From positions 40,851 to 104,850 of the forward strand of contig JAFSWL010000004.1 of NCBI GenBank assembly GCA_017444525.1: 64,000 nucleotides of DNA. Direction: 5' to 3'. Position 1 is the first letter of the stretch. Each line of letters begins with the position of its first letter. Both the position numbers and the translations under genes were made by a program. Shown here piece by piece: positions 46,858 through 56,481 of this stretch. Below the pieces are notes generated by a model. That model was not told where the DNA came from. It was given only the letters and a program-made list of their open reading frames with translations, and searched no databases. The stretch comes from Alphaproteobacteria bacterium. GTDB lineage: Bacteria > Pseudomonadota > Alphaproteobacteria > RF32 > CAG-239.

Positions 46858-48369
46858 ATGAAAAAGGGCATTATTATTATTTGTGTTCTGTCAGCAATTA
46901 TATTGCTGGAAATATTTGCTTTGTTTAAAAAGTCAGAAAATCCCGAACCGGTAAAGTTTGCTTTGGATTCTCAGGAATATGATCTGCCGGTGCACTCTAA
47001 AATCGCACCTCTGCCGTTCGAAACTGATTTTGTCGAACAGATTGATGCACAAGCTGATGCAATTATCAATGAGTTTGATAACGATTTTGGTATCCATTTA
47101 GCGCAAATTTTTGATCGCCTTGCGCTAGAGCAACAAAAAATCACGGAAAAAAAAGTCGCGCAACAGCAGAAATTTGATGAATTTCGGCAAACAATGGCAG
47201 CTGATCCGGTGAATGTCCGCGGGGTTTATTTGGGCAGTAACTGGTGTGAGGTTGACGGGGTTAAAGGAGTTTGCGCAAACGGAGTCTACAAATTAGGGAA
47301 GTACTGTATAGCCTGTTTCGAGGGCTTTTGTGCCGGCACTGCCTGTAATGATGAAGGCAAAAAAGTAGAAGAAAATATCGCTGCGCATGAAGTTGACGAG
47401 CTAGACGAGTCTTTGAAAACAAGAGCTTCCGAGATTGTACCTGAAACAAGTATTGAAAGAGTTGAGACTGAACCTGAGGAAAAAATCAATGATGAGATTG
47501 TAAGCAATGAAATATCTAATAACAAAATATCAGATATTGAAAATGAACCGAATCAGAAAATCGCACCGATAAGTGAGACCGAGTCTATGGTTGCAATTGC
47601 TACGGGTGATGCTGACTTAGCCTCAGAAGTGCAGAAAAAAGTATCTGAAAAGGAAAATACTGCGGAAAAAGCGGTAAAGACAGCAGAAAAAGAAAATAAA
47701 GTTTTAGTTGCGGTGGTAATAGATGATATCGGACTGAGTGTGCCGTTTACCAATCAGATAGCCAACATAAAATATCCGCTTACAGTATCATTTTTGCCGT
47801 ATGGAGCATCAGATAAAGCACAGGTCAAAAAATTGAAAAGCGCTGGATTTGAAGTTATGTTGCATGCTCCGATGATGCCGAGAGTTCCGGCTGATTTGGC
47901 ACCGGTGACACTTTCTCCGAAAATGAGTAAGGATGAAATTCAAGAAAAATTACTTAAAATGATGGATCGTTTCGAAGGTACCGGTATGCGCGGCATCAAC
48001 AATCACATGGGTAGTGCTTTTACGGAAAACCGTGAGGCCATGGCCGCGGTTATGGAAGTTTTGCAAGAACACGGAATGTATTTTTTGGATTCCAAAACCA
48101 CATCACGCTCGGTCGGTCGAGCAATCAGTAAAGAGTACGGAGTACCGTATGTGGCTCGCGATGTATTTTTGGATAACGAACGGCGATACGACTATATTAT
48201 GGGGCAATTCAAAGCAACGGAGAGAGTTGCAAAAAGCAAGGGTTATGCGATTGCCATCGGACATCCTTATCCGCAGACGTTGCAAGCGCTGAAAGACTGG
48301 CTGATAGATAGCGAAAAGCGCGGAATAAAAATTGTTCCGCTGTCGGATTTGGTATCAAAAAACAATTAA
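46858..48369 (+). CDS. Divergent polysaccharide deacetylase (YibQ-like) with a long N-terminal anchored extension
   Basis: The C-terminal ~230 aa carries VAVVIDDIGLS, LTVSFLPYG, MLHAPM, NNHMGS, FLDSKTT and IGHPYPQT. Confidence 0.8.
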   Translation: MKKGIIIICVLSAIILLEIFALFKKSENPEPVKFALDSQEYDLPVHSKIAPLPFETDFVEQIDAQADAIINEFDNDFGIHLAQIFDRLALEQQKITEKKVAQQQKFDEFRQTMAADPVNVRGVYLGSNWCEVDGVKGVCANGVYKLGKYCIACFEGFCAGTACNDEGKKVEENIAAHEVDELDESLKTRASEIVPETSIERVETEPEEKINDEIVSNEISNNKISDIENEPNQKIAPISETESMVAIATGDADLASEVQKKVSEKENTAEKAVKTAEKENKVLVAVVIDDIGLSVPFTNQIANIKYPLTVSFLPYGASDKAQVKKLKSAGFEVMLHAPMMPRVPADLAPVTLSPKMSKDEIQEKLLKMMDRFEGTGMRGINNHMGSAFTENREAMAAVMEVLQEHGMYFLDSKTTSRSVGRAISKEYGVPYVARDVFLDNERRYDYIMGQFKATERVAKSKGYAIAIGHPYPQTLQALKDWLIDSEKRGIKIVPLSDLVSKNN

Positions 48370-48404
48370 ATAACAAAAAAAGTTATTTTTAGATAAAAAA
48401 GTTC

Positions 48405-48433
48405 TTGACGTTTGTAAAAAATATCGGTATATA
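48405..48433 (+). promoter_or_regulatory. Sigma70-like promoter for tRNA-Glu
   Basis: TTGACG (48405-48410), a 17-nt spacer, then TATATA (48428-48433). The tRNA starts 21 nt downstream. Confidence 0.5.
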
Positions 48434-48453
48434 TGCGAATGTTCACGAAATAT

Positions 48454-48528
48454 GGTCCCATCGTCTAATGGTTAGGACATCACCCTTTCACGGTGGCAAT
48501 ATGGGTTCGAGTCCCGTTGGGATCACCA
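48454..48528 (+). tRNA. tRNA-Glu (anticodon UUC), CCA encoded
   Basis: Acceptor stem GGTCCCA/TGGGATC, anticodon loop CTTTCAC, T-arm ATGGG-TTCGAGT-CCCGT, discriminator A plus CCA. Confidence 0.95.
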
Positions 48529-48536
48529 ATACAAAC

Positions 48537-48565
48537 AACAGCCTACAAAATGGCTGTTTTTTTCT
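48537..48565 (+). terminator. Rho-independent terminator after tRNA-Glu
   Basis: AACAGCC-(8 nt)-GGCTGTT followed by a T-run. Confidence 0.7.
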
Positions 48566-48878
48566 TTTTAAATCAATCACTTAACCAAGTTCGAATGTTA
48601 TATTTTTGAAAATAGCAGTTTTGGGAAATTTTACGAACTCGTTATAGCAACAATGTAATAAAATCAAGCATTTAAGCAGTTGGAGTACGGTATGGTTGAT
48701 GTCCGCATTTAATTCGGTCTAAGTAACAACTTTTCACTGATTTGGGATTTGAAGATAATACAAACCTCTGTTAAATTTGCAAAGGTCTAGCTTTAATATT
48801 GTTTGCATTTTTGTACCAACGGCTTTACTTTTAGAAAAACTCATATTATTCTTTGATAAATTGGGATTGGATAGAGAT

Positions 48879-49916
48879 ATGACTGATATAAAAACAAACT
48901 TCCATACATGGTTAACTCAAAGCAAAGATAATCAGTCCAAAACTACACCATTAACAGCTAACGAATACATTAATAGATTAAACAGGTTAAGCAAGAGATT
49001 ATATGATAAAGAAGGCTTGCAATATATATCTGATAATATTTATATACTTAGACTTTTATTTATGGATAGCTCCAATTGGGTTAATATACCTTCCGAGGAT
49101 TTGGATGATGTTATAGTTTACTTATATAATTATAAACAAAAAAATCGTAACTTTAATGACCATTACAACCAATTTTTCCACTCTTTAAGAAAGCACTTAA
49201 ACGAACCTTTATCTTTTTCTTCAAAGCATCCTTACTTCTTTTTTGATATATTGAGAAATACTGAAGAATACATGAAGCTATCAGATTGGGTAAAACATGT
49301 ATTTGTAACAGAAAAGTCCTTAAAATATTTATCTTGGCTATATATAAATAAGACAGAAAAAAGAAAAATAGCCGCGGCTTTATCTAAGTTCAGTACTTTT
49401 TTAGTAAAAACCAGAGTTGTTAGTCAGGGAACTATAAGCTTGTTAAATCGATTTTCAATATGGAAACTAAGAAAAAATATAGTTTCTACAGTCGTTAAGA
49501 TTGATGAAGCAAATGGTATAGAGGGTCGTAATTTTTATTCTCGATATGTTGAAGGAAAGGCTGAAAAATTACTGTCCATGAAGGAAGCTAAATATATTTT
49601 GGGTTGTTCCGATGAGATATTTCGCAATTTATTAAAAAATGGCAAGCTGCATTTTAAATCAAATTCTAATATGATTGATACAGAAAATATGCGTAGATTT
49701 TTAAGAAGAAAGCATATTAGGCGCAGTGTAGGAACATTGTCAAAAGTAGATGAAGATAAAAATCCGGAAAATTGGCTACAAATGAAAGAAGCTGTCGCAT
49801 TAACCGGTAACACTGCATCATATATACGATGGCAAGTAAAAAAAGGTCGAGTCGCATATATACGCTATAGCTTAAAGAAATTTAAGTATTTCAAACCAGA
49901 TTTGTTGAAAATTTAG
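48879..49916 (+). CDS. Hypothetical island protein with two excisionase/MerR-like (HTH_17) motifs at the C-terminus
   Basis: LSMKEAKYILGCSDEIFRNLLKNGKLHF and LQMKEAVALTGNTASYIRWQVKKGRVAY. The ATG at 48879 is preferred over the TTG at 48777. Confidence 0.5.
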   Translation: MTDIKTNFHTWLTQSKDNQSKTTPLTANEYINRLNRLSKRLYDKEGLQYISDNIYILRLLFMDSSNWVNIPSEDLDDVIVYLYNYKQKNRNFNDHYNQFFHSLRKHLNEPLSFSSKHPYFFFDILRNTEEYMKLSDWVKHVFVTEKSLKYLSWLYINKTEKRKIAAALSKFSTFLVKTRVVSQGTISLLNRFSIWKLRKNIVSTVVKIDEANGIEGRNFYSRYVEGKAEKLLSMKEAKYILGCSDEIFRNLLKNGKLHFKSNSNMIDTENMRRFLRRKHIRRSVGTLSKVDEDKNPENWLQMKEAVALTGNTASYIRWQVKKGRVAYIRYSLKKFKYFKPDLLKI

Positions 49917-49949
49917 CAAAATAAAAAACATTTCATCAACACAAATAAC

Positions 49950-49980
49950 AAAACAAATATAATAATTAAATATTTGTTTT
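49950..49980 (+). terminator. AT-rich hairpin, possible terminator
   Basis: AAAACAAATAT-(9 nt)-ATATTTGTTTT. Confidence 0.35.
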
Positions 49981-50125
49981 ATTGCATTTTTATATATTTT
50001 TTATTTACGTTTAAAGTTGGTTTACAATGATTTTACAATTGATCATATTTGTCATAAGTTGAGCTTGTTCGTGAGACGGGCCCGTCCTGCGATTTGTTTT
50101 TAACCAAATCAAAGGAGATTTAAAA

Positions 50126-51082
50126 ATGTCAAACGACAAAAACACAAAAATTATTAGTGCAACACAATTAAAGGCTGCGATCAGAGCTTATAAGTTAAAA
50201 GGATTGATTATTCATCTACCTCCTAAAGCTTATAAAAAACACGCAAGTCAAACGGTGAGAAGCACCATTGAATCATTATGTAAAGATTTTGTTTTAACAC
50301 CTTTTTTAAGAGAAATTCCAAAGCGTCCGGGGGCACACCCTGGTAAAGGTTTGCCAAGTAAAAGAGATACGATTGAAGCTTTATATGGTTTGAACCGTTA
50401 TCGCACTGATCAAATTGAAGCTTTAGAAAAAAAATGGGTGCGTAAAGCGATTAAATATGCATTGAAAAATAATGAAAAAGCAGGTCCGGCTTTGGCGTTA
50501 CGTTTAAAGCGTGAAAATGCAAAACATTATGAAAAAGTTTTAGCCGCTAAGAAAAAAGAAGCAAAGATTGCGGCCCTTGCAGAAAGAATGTCAAAAGCTG
50601 TTGTGGCTGATGAAAGCTTACCGTATGCCGGTGCTATCATTGACTTAACACAGCCGGAAGTGTCGAAAGATTTAAATTCTGTTGCTCTTCCTTTGGCTGA
50701 AAATGCTTTGGTCTTTATTGCCGTCTACCCAAAGGACATGCTGAAGGCTTTGAAGTTAATTGAAGATTTGAAATTCACATACGTAGATAATATTGTGTGG
50801 GACCGAGATGTTCAGTTACCAACGGGTACCTGGAGCAAAAATCAGCACACAAATATTCTGATTGCACTCAAAGGGCAGCCTACCGAACCGGTAAATGAGT
50901 TTCAGCTTGAATCTGTGCATTTTGATCACAAGACTGCAGAGCTTTTATCTGTGCCTGATTACTACTTTAGCATGATGGAAGAGATGTGTCCGGGTGAACA
51001 GTATTTAGAAGTGTTTTCTTGCCGTCAATTCAGCGACAAGTGGCATGTATTGAAAATTAACAAAGAAGAAAAGGAAAACTAA
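50126..51082 (+). CDS. MT-A70-like methyltransferase-fold protein with a degenerate catalytic motif
   Basis: The C-terminal half follows MT-A70 topology (LVFIAVYP...FTYVDNIVWDRD...ILIALKG...EVFSCRQFSDKWHV), but DLTQ sits where DPPW is expected. AGGAG RBS. Confidence 0.55.
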   Translation: MSNDKNTKIISATQLKAAIRAYKLKGLIIHLPPKAYKKHASQTVRSTIESLCKDFVLTPFLREIPKRPGAHPGKGLPSKRDTIEALYGLNRYRTDQIEALEKKWVRKAIKYALKNNEKAGPALALRLKRENAKHYEKVLAAKKKEAKIAALAERMSKAVVADESLPYAGAIIDLTQPEVSKDLNSVALPLAENALVFIAVYPKDMLKALKLIEDLKFTYVDNIVWDRDVQLPTGTWSKNQHTNILIALKGQPTEPVNEFQLESVHFDHKTAELLSVPDYYFSMMEEMCPGEQYLEVFSCRQFSDKWHVLKINKEEKEN

Positions 51083-51084
51083 TT

Positions 51085-52242
51085 ATGACAAAACTTAATT
51101 TGAATAATGTGGTTGTAACCGGCCATGATTTTGAACGCTACACTGCTATTTGCTGCAGTGGAGGCATAGGAACCACAAAAACCAAGTATGTTGGCTATGA
51201 GATGGTTTGCGGTTGTGAACTTTTATTGGATAGGTGGCGCTTTTGTAGCGCCATCAATCCTCAAGTTGGCGAAGGCTTGATATGTGGCGATTTTACAAAA
51301 AATATTGAGAAAATTGCTAAGTTGCATATTCAGCGTGGAGCAAAAGGGTTAGTGATAACGTTGCCTTGTCAATCTATGAGCTTGGCCGGCGGTCAACATC
51401 TTGATGATCCATTGACTTGGCTGTTTTTAGATGCCTTAGAGTTGTGCAAAACAATTTATAAGCTCTCACCTGCACATTTGGAATGGGTTAAGTGGGAAAA
51501 CTGTCCGTACTTCATATCAGATAAGCAAGATCCAATCATCACGAACCGTTTGGATGGCAAAACAATTTTGCAAACCATAACGGAGGTGATGAACCGCTTA
51601 GATATGGATGTTAATGCTAAGGTATTGAATGCCTGCTTTTATGACACTGCTCAGAGCCGTAAACGAGGAATTATTCTTTGCAGAAAATTAAAACGTTGGG
51701 AGATGCCGGAGCCGTCAGAATTGCCTTTAACATGTGGTGAAGTTATCGGAGACAGAACCAAGTTTGAATATCTTGATTCATCGCACAGACGTTCGGCAAC
51801 CAATGAATTTCAACGCATCGGCTATGTTTCTCCGGTACAAGAAGCTTTCATCCGTAAAATTAAATCAGGTATGTCAGCGTTCAAGTGTATGGATAGAAGC
51901 TTGATAGTTAACCCTGATGGGATGCCAAGTCAAGCTCAACATATCAATAGCTCCTACGGACGCAACTCTTACAATCATCCAACACATACCATTACGCAAG
52001 GTAGCGATTCATTATGTGGGGATTGGACTTTACATCCGGGTGAAGATTTAGGCAATGGGGAATACAGTGATCCGCGTCCGTATTCAATCGCTGAAATCTT
52101 TGCTTTAACAGGGTTAGATGATAATTTTATCAAAGCTATTCCGACTTGGGCGCGTAGTAATGATAAATTGTTACGTCAGTTATGTGGCGAGGCACTGATG
52201 CCGAACTTGTTGGCCCATTGCTTAAGCACTCTTAATAAATAA
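51085..52242 (+). CDS. DNA (cytosine-5) methyltransferase, divergent
   Basis: Motif I CCSGGIG, motif IV TLPCQSMSLAGG, motif VI WENC, motif VIII AQSRKRGI, motif IX RPYSIAEIFALTGLDDNF, motif X CGEALMPNL. Confidence 0.8.
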   Translation: MTKLNLNNVVVTGHDFERYTAICCSGGIGTTKTKYVGYEMVCGCELLLDRWRFCSAINPQVGEGLICGDFTKNIEKIAKLHIQRGAKGLVITLPCQSMSLAGGQHLDDPLTWLFLDALELCKTIYKLSPAHLEWVKWENCPYFISDKQDPIITNRLDGKTILQTITEVMNRLDMDVNAKVLNACFYDTAQSRKRGIILCRKLKRWEMPEPSELPLTCGEVIGDRTKFEYLDSSHRRSATNEFQRIGYVSPVQEAFIRKIKSGMSAFKCMDRSLIVNPDGMPSQAQHINSSYGRNSYNHPTHTITQGSDSLCGDWTLHPGEDLGNGEYSDPRPYSIAEIFALTGLDDNFIKAIPTWARSNDKLLRQLCGEALMPNLLAHCLSTLNK

Positions 52243-52250
52243 TTATATAG

Positions 52251-52279
52251 GGGGAGTGTAACGGCTCCCCTTTTCTTTT
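52251..52279 (+). terminator. Rho-independent terminator
   Basis: GGGGAG-(7-8 nt)-CTCCCC followed by TTTTCTTTT. Confidence 0.65.
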
Positions 52280-52310
52280 AACCTTTGCTAAATAAGCAGA
52301 GGTTTATTTT

Positions 52311-52655
52311 TTAGATGATAACATTGTCTTTAGCAAACCTGAGCTCAATTTGACCGGATTGCATAAAAGGTAGTAATTTACTGATATCTACGTATTTGAG
52401 ATAAGTTTTTCTTGAATAAAATACCACCGATTGTTTGGTTTTATTACGTTTGAGATAGTCAAGAAGCTTGTTCATACAGTCTTTTTCATAAGATTTTATT
52501 CCGGAAGTTTCAAAAAAGACATCAACAACGTGCAAATTCTTTCTTTTACAATATTGAAGCATCTCGGCGAATTGTCTTGCTACCTCATTCACACCACCAC
52601 AGGAAAACAAAACAGCCTCCCGCGGATTTATGGTTTCTGTTATCGGATTATTCAT
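52311..52655 (-). CDS. Serine-recombinase catalytic-domain-like protein lacking the Arg/Ser catalytic motif
   Basis: AVLFSCGGVNE aligns with the AVIYARVST motif of resolvases, and the downstream pattern (LLDYLKRNKTKQSVVFYS...) matches the resolvase fold. The ATG at 52655 is preferred over the TTG at 52766. Confidence 0.45.
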   Translation of the reverse strand: MNNPITETINPREAVLFSCGGVNEVARQFAEMLQYCKRKNLHVVDVFFETSGIKSYEKDCMNKLLDYLKRNKTKQSVVFYSRKTYLKYVDISKLLPFMQSGQIELRFAKDNVII

Positions 52656-52809
52656 ATTTTTAGGTCCTACGTTAAATTTTATATTTAAGTAGAACTGCCG
52701 GATATATCCCGTTTTGCCACAAATCGCACCATCACAGCCGGATTTGGTTTTGATTGGTAGTTGCAAGAGAAAAGATAAAATGAGTGTTTTGGGGCGGTTT
52801 AAATGGCTT

Positions 52810-52920
52810 TTAGGTTTGAGCTAATAGTCGGAGCACATATCTGTGTAAAGTAGCTCGCTCAACGCCGAAAAGTTTTGCTATTTTTGCAAATTGTTCGCAT
52901 ATATATGATGAAGTAAAGAA
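52810..52920 (-). pseudogene. Remnant of a resolvase C-terminal HTH_7 domain with no start codon
   Basis: The minus-strand translation is FFTSSYICEQFAKIAKLFGVERATLHRYVLRLLAQT*. It is preceded by an in-frame TGA and contains no Met. Confidence 0.45.
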
Positions 52921-53005
52921 TCAAGAAGACTTAAAACGCACAATAAATGATTTTTTAACCTGCTGATATTATGATGGTTTTTATAATGATACAAAGGAGA
53001 ATGTT

Positions 53006-53452
53006 ATGATAACCGAAAACAGATGGCAACATATTTTAGGCGTGGCGCGAAAAGCTAAAATATTAGCAGGCAAATTAAAGCCGGATAGTGCGCAGTATGC
53101 AGAGGATATGTTTTTGCTCGGTGTTATGCACGATTTGGGCTACGAATTTATGGAAAGTAACGCTTCCCATGCGGCGGTCGGCGGAGAAATACTCAAACGC
53201 TCCGGTTATCAATATTGGCAGGAAGTGACTCTGCACGGTGATGAAACGGTTGAAAATATGACCGATGAGCTGTTTATTTTGAACTGTGCCGATATGATGA
53301 CGGGGCCGAGCGGCGAGGATTTTACTTTTGAAGAAAGACTGGAAGAAATTGCTTCCAGATTTGGCAAAGATGCCGCTCCGTATAAAAAGTGCGTGATTGA
53401 AGTACAAAAACTAAAGGCCGATAAGAGGTATCATTTTATTATTGGGGGATAA
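53006..53452 (+). CDS. HD-domain phosphohydrolase
   Basis: H...HD signature (QHILGVARKA...GVMHDLGY). AGGAG RBS. Confidence 0.75.
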   Translation: MITENRWQHILGVARKAKILAGKLKPDSAQYAEDMFLLGVMHDLGYEFMESNASHAAVGGEILKRSGYQYWQEVTLHGDETVENMTDELFILNCADMMTGPSGEDFTFEERLEEIASRFGKDAAPYKKCVIEVQKLKADKRYHFIIGG

Positions 53453-54190
53453 ATGGAAAAGAATTTATTACAAAAGACACTTTACGAAATTAATCAACAA
53501 AAACAAGTTGCCGGTTACAAAACTATCGAAAGCGACGATGGGTTTATTATAGTGTGGAATCATCCGGCACTATATTACTACAGTAAAGCTCATTGTAACA
53601 CTCTAACTGAGCAAAATTACATATTTTTCAAGAAGAATTATCCTTTTCAAGCCCTAGGTATTGCCGCTAATCATAGAAGTTCTCTAGAAAACGTGCATTC
53701 TGATTTGATATTCAACGGTACATCAGATACCATGTTACTTGAACAATCAGTGCATTTGACGGAAGACAGTAGATATAAAATCAAGCTGGTTGAAAATAAA
53801 GAGGATATTAAGATTTTTGCTCAAATTGCCAGTGAAGTGTTTAATCACCCTGAAATTTGCGAAAATTTAACAGAATCTTTAACCGCGGATTTAAAAGTTA
53901 TGAATTGCCATAAATACATTGGATATGAGGGCAACGAAGCCGCTGGAATTATTGAACTTTCGGAAGGTGAAGAAGCTGTTTTTATTTCTTGGGCTGCCGT
54001 AAGAAAAAATTTTAGACGGAAAGGTTTATGTCACGCCATGCTCGCATATGCGATAAATCGAGAAATTAAAAAAAATTTTACTAAATTCGTTTTAGTATCC
54101 TCGTCGGAAGGTAAAATTGTTTATCAATTGTTAGGTTTTAAAGATTTTGCTTTAAGATATAACTATACTCTGGAATGTAAAAAGGATTGA
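53453..54190 (+). CDS. GNAT-family acetyltransferase (C-terminal GNAT domain)
   Basis: VFISWAAVRKNFRRKGLCHAMLAYAI is a motif A. It abuts the HD gene stop. Confidence 0.7.
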   Translation: MEKNLLQKTLYEINQQKQVAGYKTIESDDGFIIVWNHPALYYYSKAHCNTLTEQNYIFFKKNYPFQALGIAANHRSSLENVHSDLIFNGTSDTMLLEQSVHLTEDSRYKIKLVENKEDIKIFAQIASEVFNHPEICENLTESLTADLKVMNCHKYIGYEGNEAAGIIELSEGEEAVFISWAAVRKNFRRKGLCHAMLAYAINREIKKNFTKFVLVSSSEGKIVYQLLGFKDFALRYNYTLECKKD

Positions 54191-54642
54191 TAATGACTGA
54201 TGATTGTATAAAAAAGGCAAAAGTTGCTGATTGGCCGGATTTAATGATGATTTTTGACCGCTCCTTGCGATCAACCGATGATTTATCTGATGATGATTGG
54301 AAAAAGCTCTATGAGCGTGTGATAACCTATTCATATCCGAATTTTGATACATATATCTATCAAAAAGATGGCAAAAGCGTAGCTTATATCAGTTATTGGA
54401 AAGAAAAGAAACTGATTAAAATGCTGTATGTTCTGCCGGAATATATTAATCAAGGTATTGGGCAGAAGTTAATTAAACACGTGATAGATACATATAATGA
54501 GCCTATGACAATCGGTGTCAAAGCCGGTAACGATATTGCAATGCATATTTACACCAAATTCGGTTTTCAAATCATTAAAGAGGAAGAATATGATGCTTCC
54601 GGCATTTATTATCCGCATTATGTTTTGGAGCGGAAAATCTAA
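54187..54642 (+). CDS. GNAT-family acetyltransferase
   Basis: LYVLPEYINQGIGQKLIKHVI is a motif A, and YTKFGFQ follows. 4-nt overlap with the upstream GNAT gene. Confidence 0.8.
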   Translation: MIMTDDCIKKAKVADWPDLMMIFDRSLRSTDDLSDDDWKKLYERVITYSYPNFDTYIYQKDGKSVAYISYWKEKKLIKMLYVLPEYINQGIGQKLIKHVIDTYNEPMTIGVKAGNDIAMHIYTKFGFQIIKEEEYDASGIYYPHYVLERKI

Positions 54643-54645
54643 GAA

Positions 54646-55149
54646 ATGATTTGGCTTGGATACTTTTTTACGATTCTTAACTACGCTTGCTATTGCTTGA
54701 GTCGCTTTATGAAGCATAAAAAAATGATGCTATTGTTAGATTTATTAGCAAAAGTTTTTACAGCATTAGGTTTATATTTTTTAGATTCATTGAGTGGAGC
54801 CTATATTTTTATGGCGGTATTTTTTATGCTTATAGTCGCCAATATAAAAGAAAGATTGAATAAACAATGGATGCTTGGTTATATTTTCTTTCAAAGTTTG
54901 TATCTTGCTATTTTGTTTTATACCTATGTTGGCATTTCTTCAATTTTGGTTGTAACAACGGTATCAATAACACTTTTTTGTATTTGGTGGCTGCCACCGC
55001 AACAAATGCGCGTTATCGGTGGATTAAATTGTTTTACTTATCTAGCATATCAAATAAGTATAAAAAATTGGGCTGGTTTATTGGAAATATTGGTTATTTT
55101 AAGTAATTTATTCTCATTTTTAAAATATAAAAAGTCAGATAATATATAG
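54646..55149 (+). CDS. Small polytopic membrane protein (YgjV-like?)
   Basis: Five or six hydrophobic helices. Last gene of the plus-strand cargo operon. Confidence 0.55.
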   Translation: MIWLGYFFTILNYACYCLSRFMKHKKMMLLLDLLAKVFTALGLYFLDSLSGAYIFMAVFFMLIVANIKERLNKQWMLGYIFFQSLYLAILFYTYVGISSILVVTTVSITLFCIWWLPPQQMRVIGGLNCFTYLAYQISIKNWAGLLEILVILSNLFSFLKYKKSDNI

Positions 55150-55155
55150 AGCTGT

Positions 55156-56481
55156 TTATGGACTTTTAAATTTATCATATCCCTTTAAATCTAACCTTTT
55201 GACATCAGAAATAAAAGAAGTTGTTCCAAGTGTAATCACGGGCAAATGATACCTTTTTGCAAAGTTCAAAGCTTCTAATAATGAATTTGCGTAGGTGGCT
55301 TGTATACCTTTTTGCTTGAGTATATCAATTTGCCTTTGAGTAAAAATATAGTGCGGATTTGATGACTTTGTTAAGATAATCTTTTCAGATATGTTCGCCA
55401 TAATTTCAGCAACACCCAGAAAATCTTTATCATCCGGAATACCGATAATTGTTACGACCCTAGAAAAATTCAAATTTTTCAAGGTTTCTTTTACACTTTC
55501 GGCATTAATGCGATTGATACAAGCATCAAGCATTATAAATGGTTCAGAACTAATGATTTCTTGTCGCCCCGGCCAACTCATAGCAACCAGCTTCTTTTTT
55601 ATATTATCGAGATTTATCTTTGGCAAAATTTGCTCGCAAATTGCTAATGCCAAAGCACAATTTTTCGCTTGATGTACGCCGAGCAGTGGTATTTTAATTT
55701 CCGGATATTTATTGTGTTTCGTTACCACATCAAACACCATTCCCGATTTTGAAAATTTGATATTTTCCGCCCAAAAATCTTTACCATATTCTAACAAACG
55801 GTACTTTTTTTGTTCTGCTTGATTGCGTATAATTTCTAAAACCTCAGCTTTTTGTTCTGCTGTTGCTACGATTTTAACATCATTTGTAATAGTGCAAACT
55901 TTATCTTTAGCAATTTCTTTAAGTGTTTTTCCAAGTTCTCTTGTGTGTTCTAAGAAAATTGTATTTATGACAGCATACTGATGTTTTATATTTGTGACGT
56001 CATCATATTTCGCCCCTTTGCCATGTTCAACAACATTAAATTCCGTATGGTTTTGATTAAAATATGTTAGAGCAATTGCTGCCTGAATACCGATAGGACT
56101 GATATATTCCTGAAAAGCCAATGTTTGTTCAATTTTATCAAAATTCGGTTTAATTTTTTCAACACATTTAATAAAATCAATATCTGATATTTGCTTGCCG
56201 TTAATCCTAAACCGTTCACAAAAATCGCTGATATGCGGACTAGTCATTAAGCCGACATTGTATTTTGTTTGTAAAATTTCCGAAATCATATAAGCGACCG
56301 AACCTTTACCTTTGCTTCCGGTAACCGTAATTGCCGGTGTTTTCGAAAGTTTTTGCAAAATTTCTTTAGAATATTGAGGATGTCTCTTGAGTGCATCTTT
56401 ATCTTCAAAAACAAGATGCTTCTCAGCCTTCAAATACGACTGGTATATATAGTTTTCCGCCTCATCTTTAGTCTGCATCAA
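55156..56481 (-). CDS. Folylpolyglutamate synthase/Mur-ligase-family (FolC-like) amide ligase
   Basis: ITVTGSKGKGSV P-loop and LMTSPHISDFCERFRINGKQIS (FolC SPHL..ERI..NG pattern). 441 aa. Confidence 0.8.
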   Translation of the reverse strand: MMQTKDEAENYIYQSYLKAEKHLVFEDKDALKRHPQYSKEILQKLSKTPAITVTGSKGKGSVAYMISEILQTKYNVGLMTSPHISDFCERFRINGKQISDIDFIKCVEKIKPNFDKIEQTLAFQEYISPIGIQAAIALTYFNQNHTEFNVVEHGKGAKYDDVTNIKHQYAVINTIFLEHTRELGKTLKEIAKDKVCTITNDVKIVATAEQKAEVLEIIRNQAEQKKYRLLEYGKDFWAENIKFSKSGMVFDVVTKHNKYPEIKIPLLGVHQAKNCALALAICEQILPKINLDNIKKKLVAMSWPGRQEIISSEPFIMLDACINRINAESVKETLKNLNFSRVVTIIGIPDDKDFLGVAEIMANISEKIILTKSSNPHYIFTQRQIDILKQKGIQATYANSLLEALNFAKRYHLPVITLGTTSFISDVKRLDLKGYDKFKSP

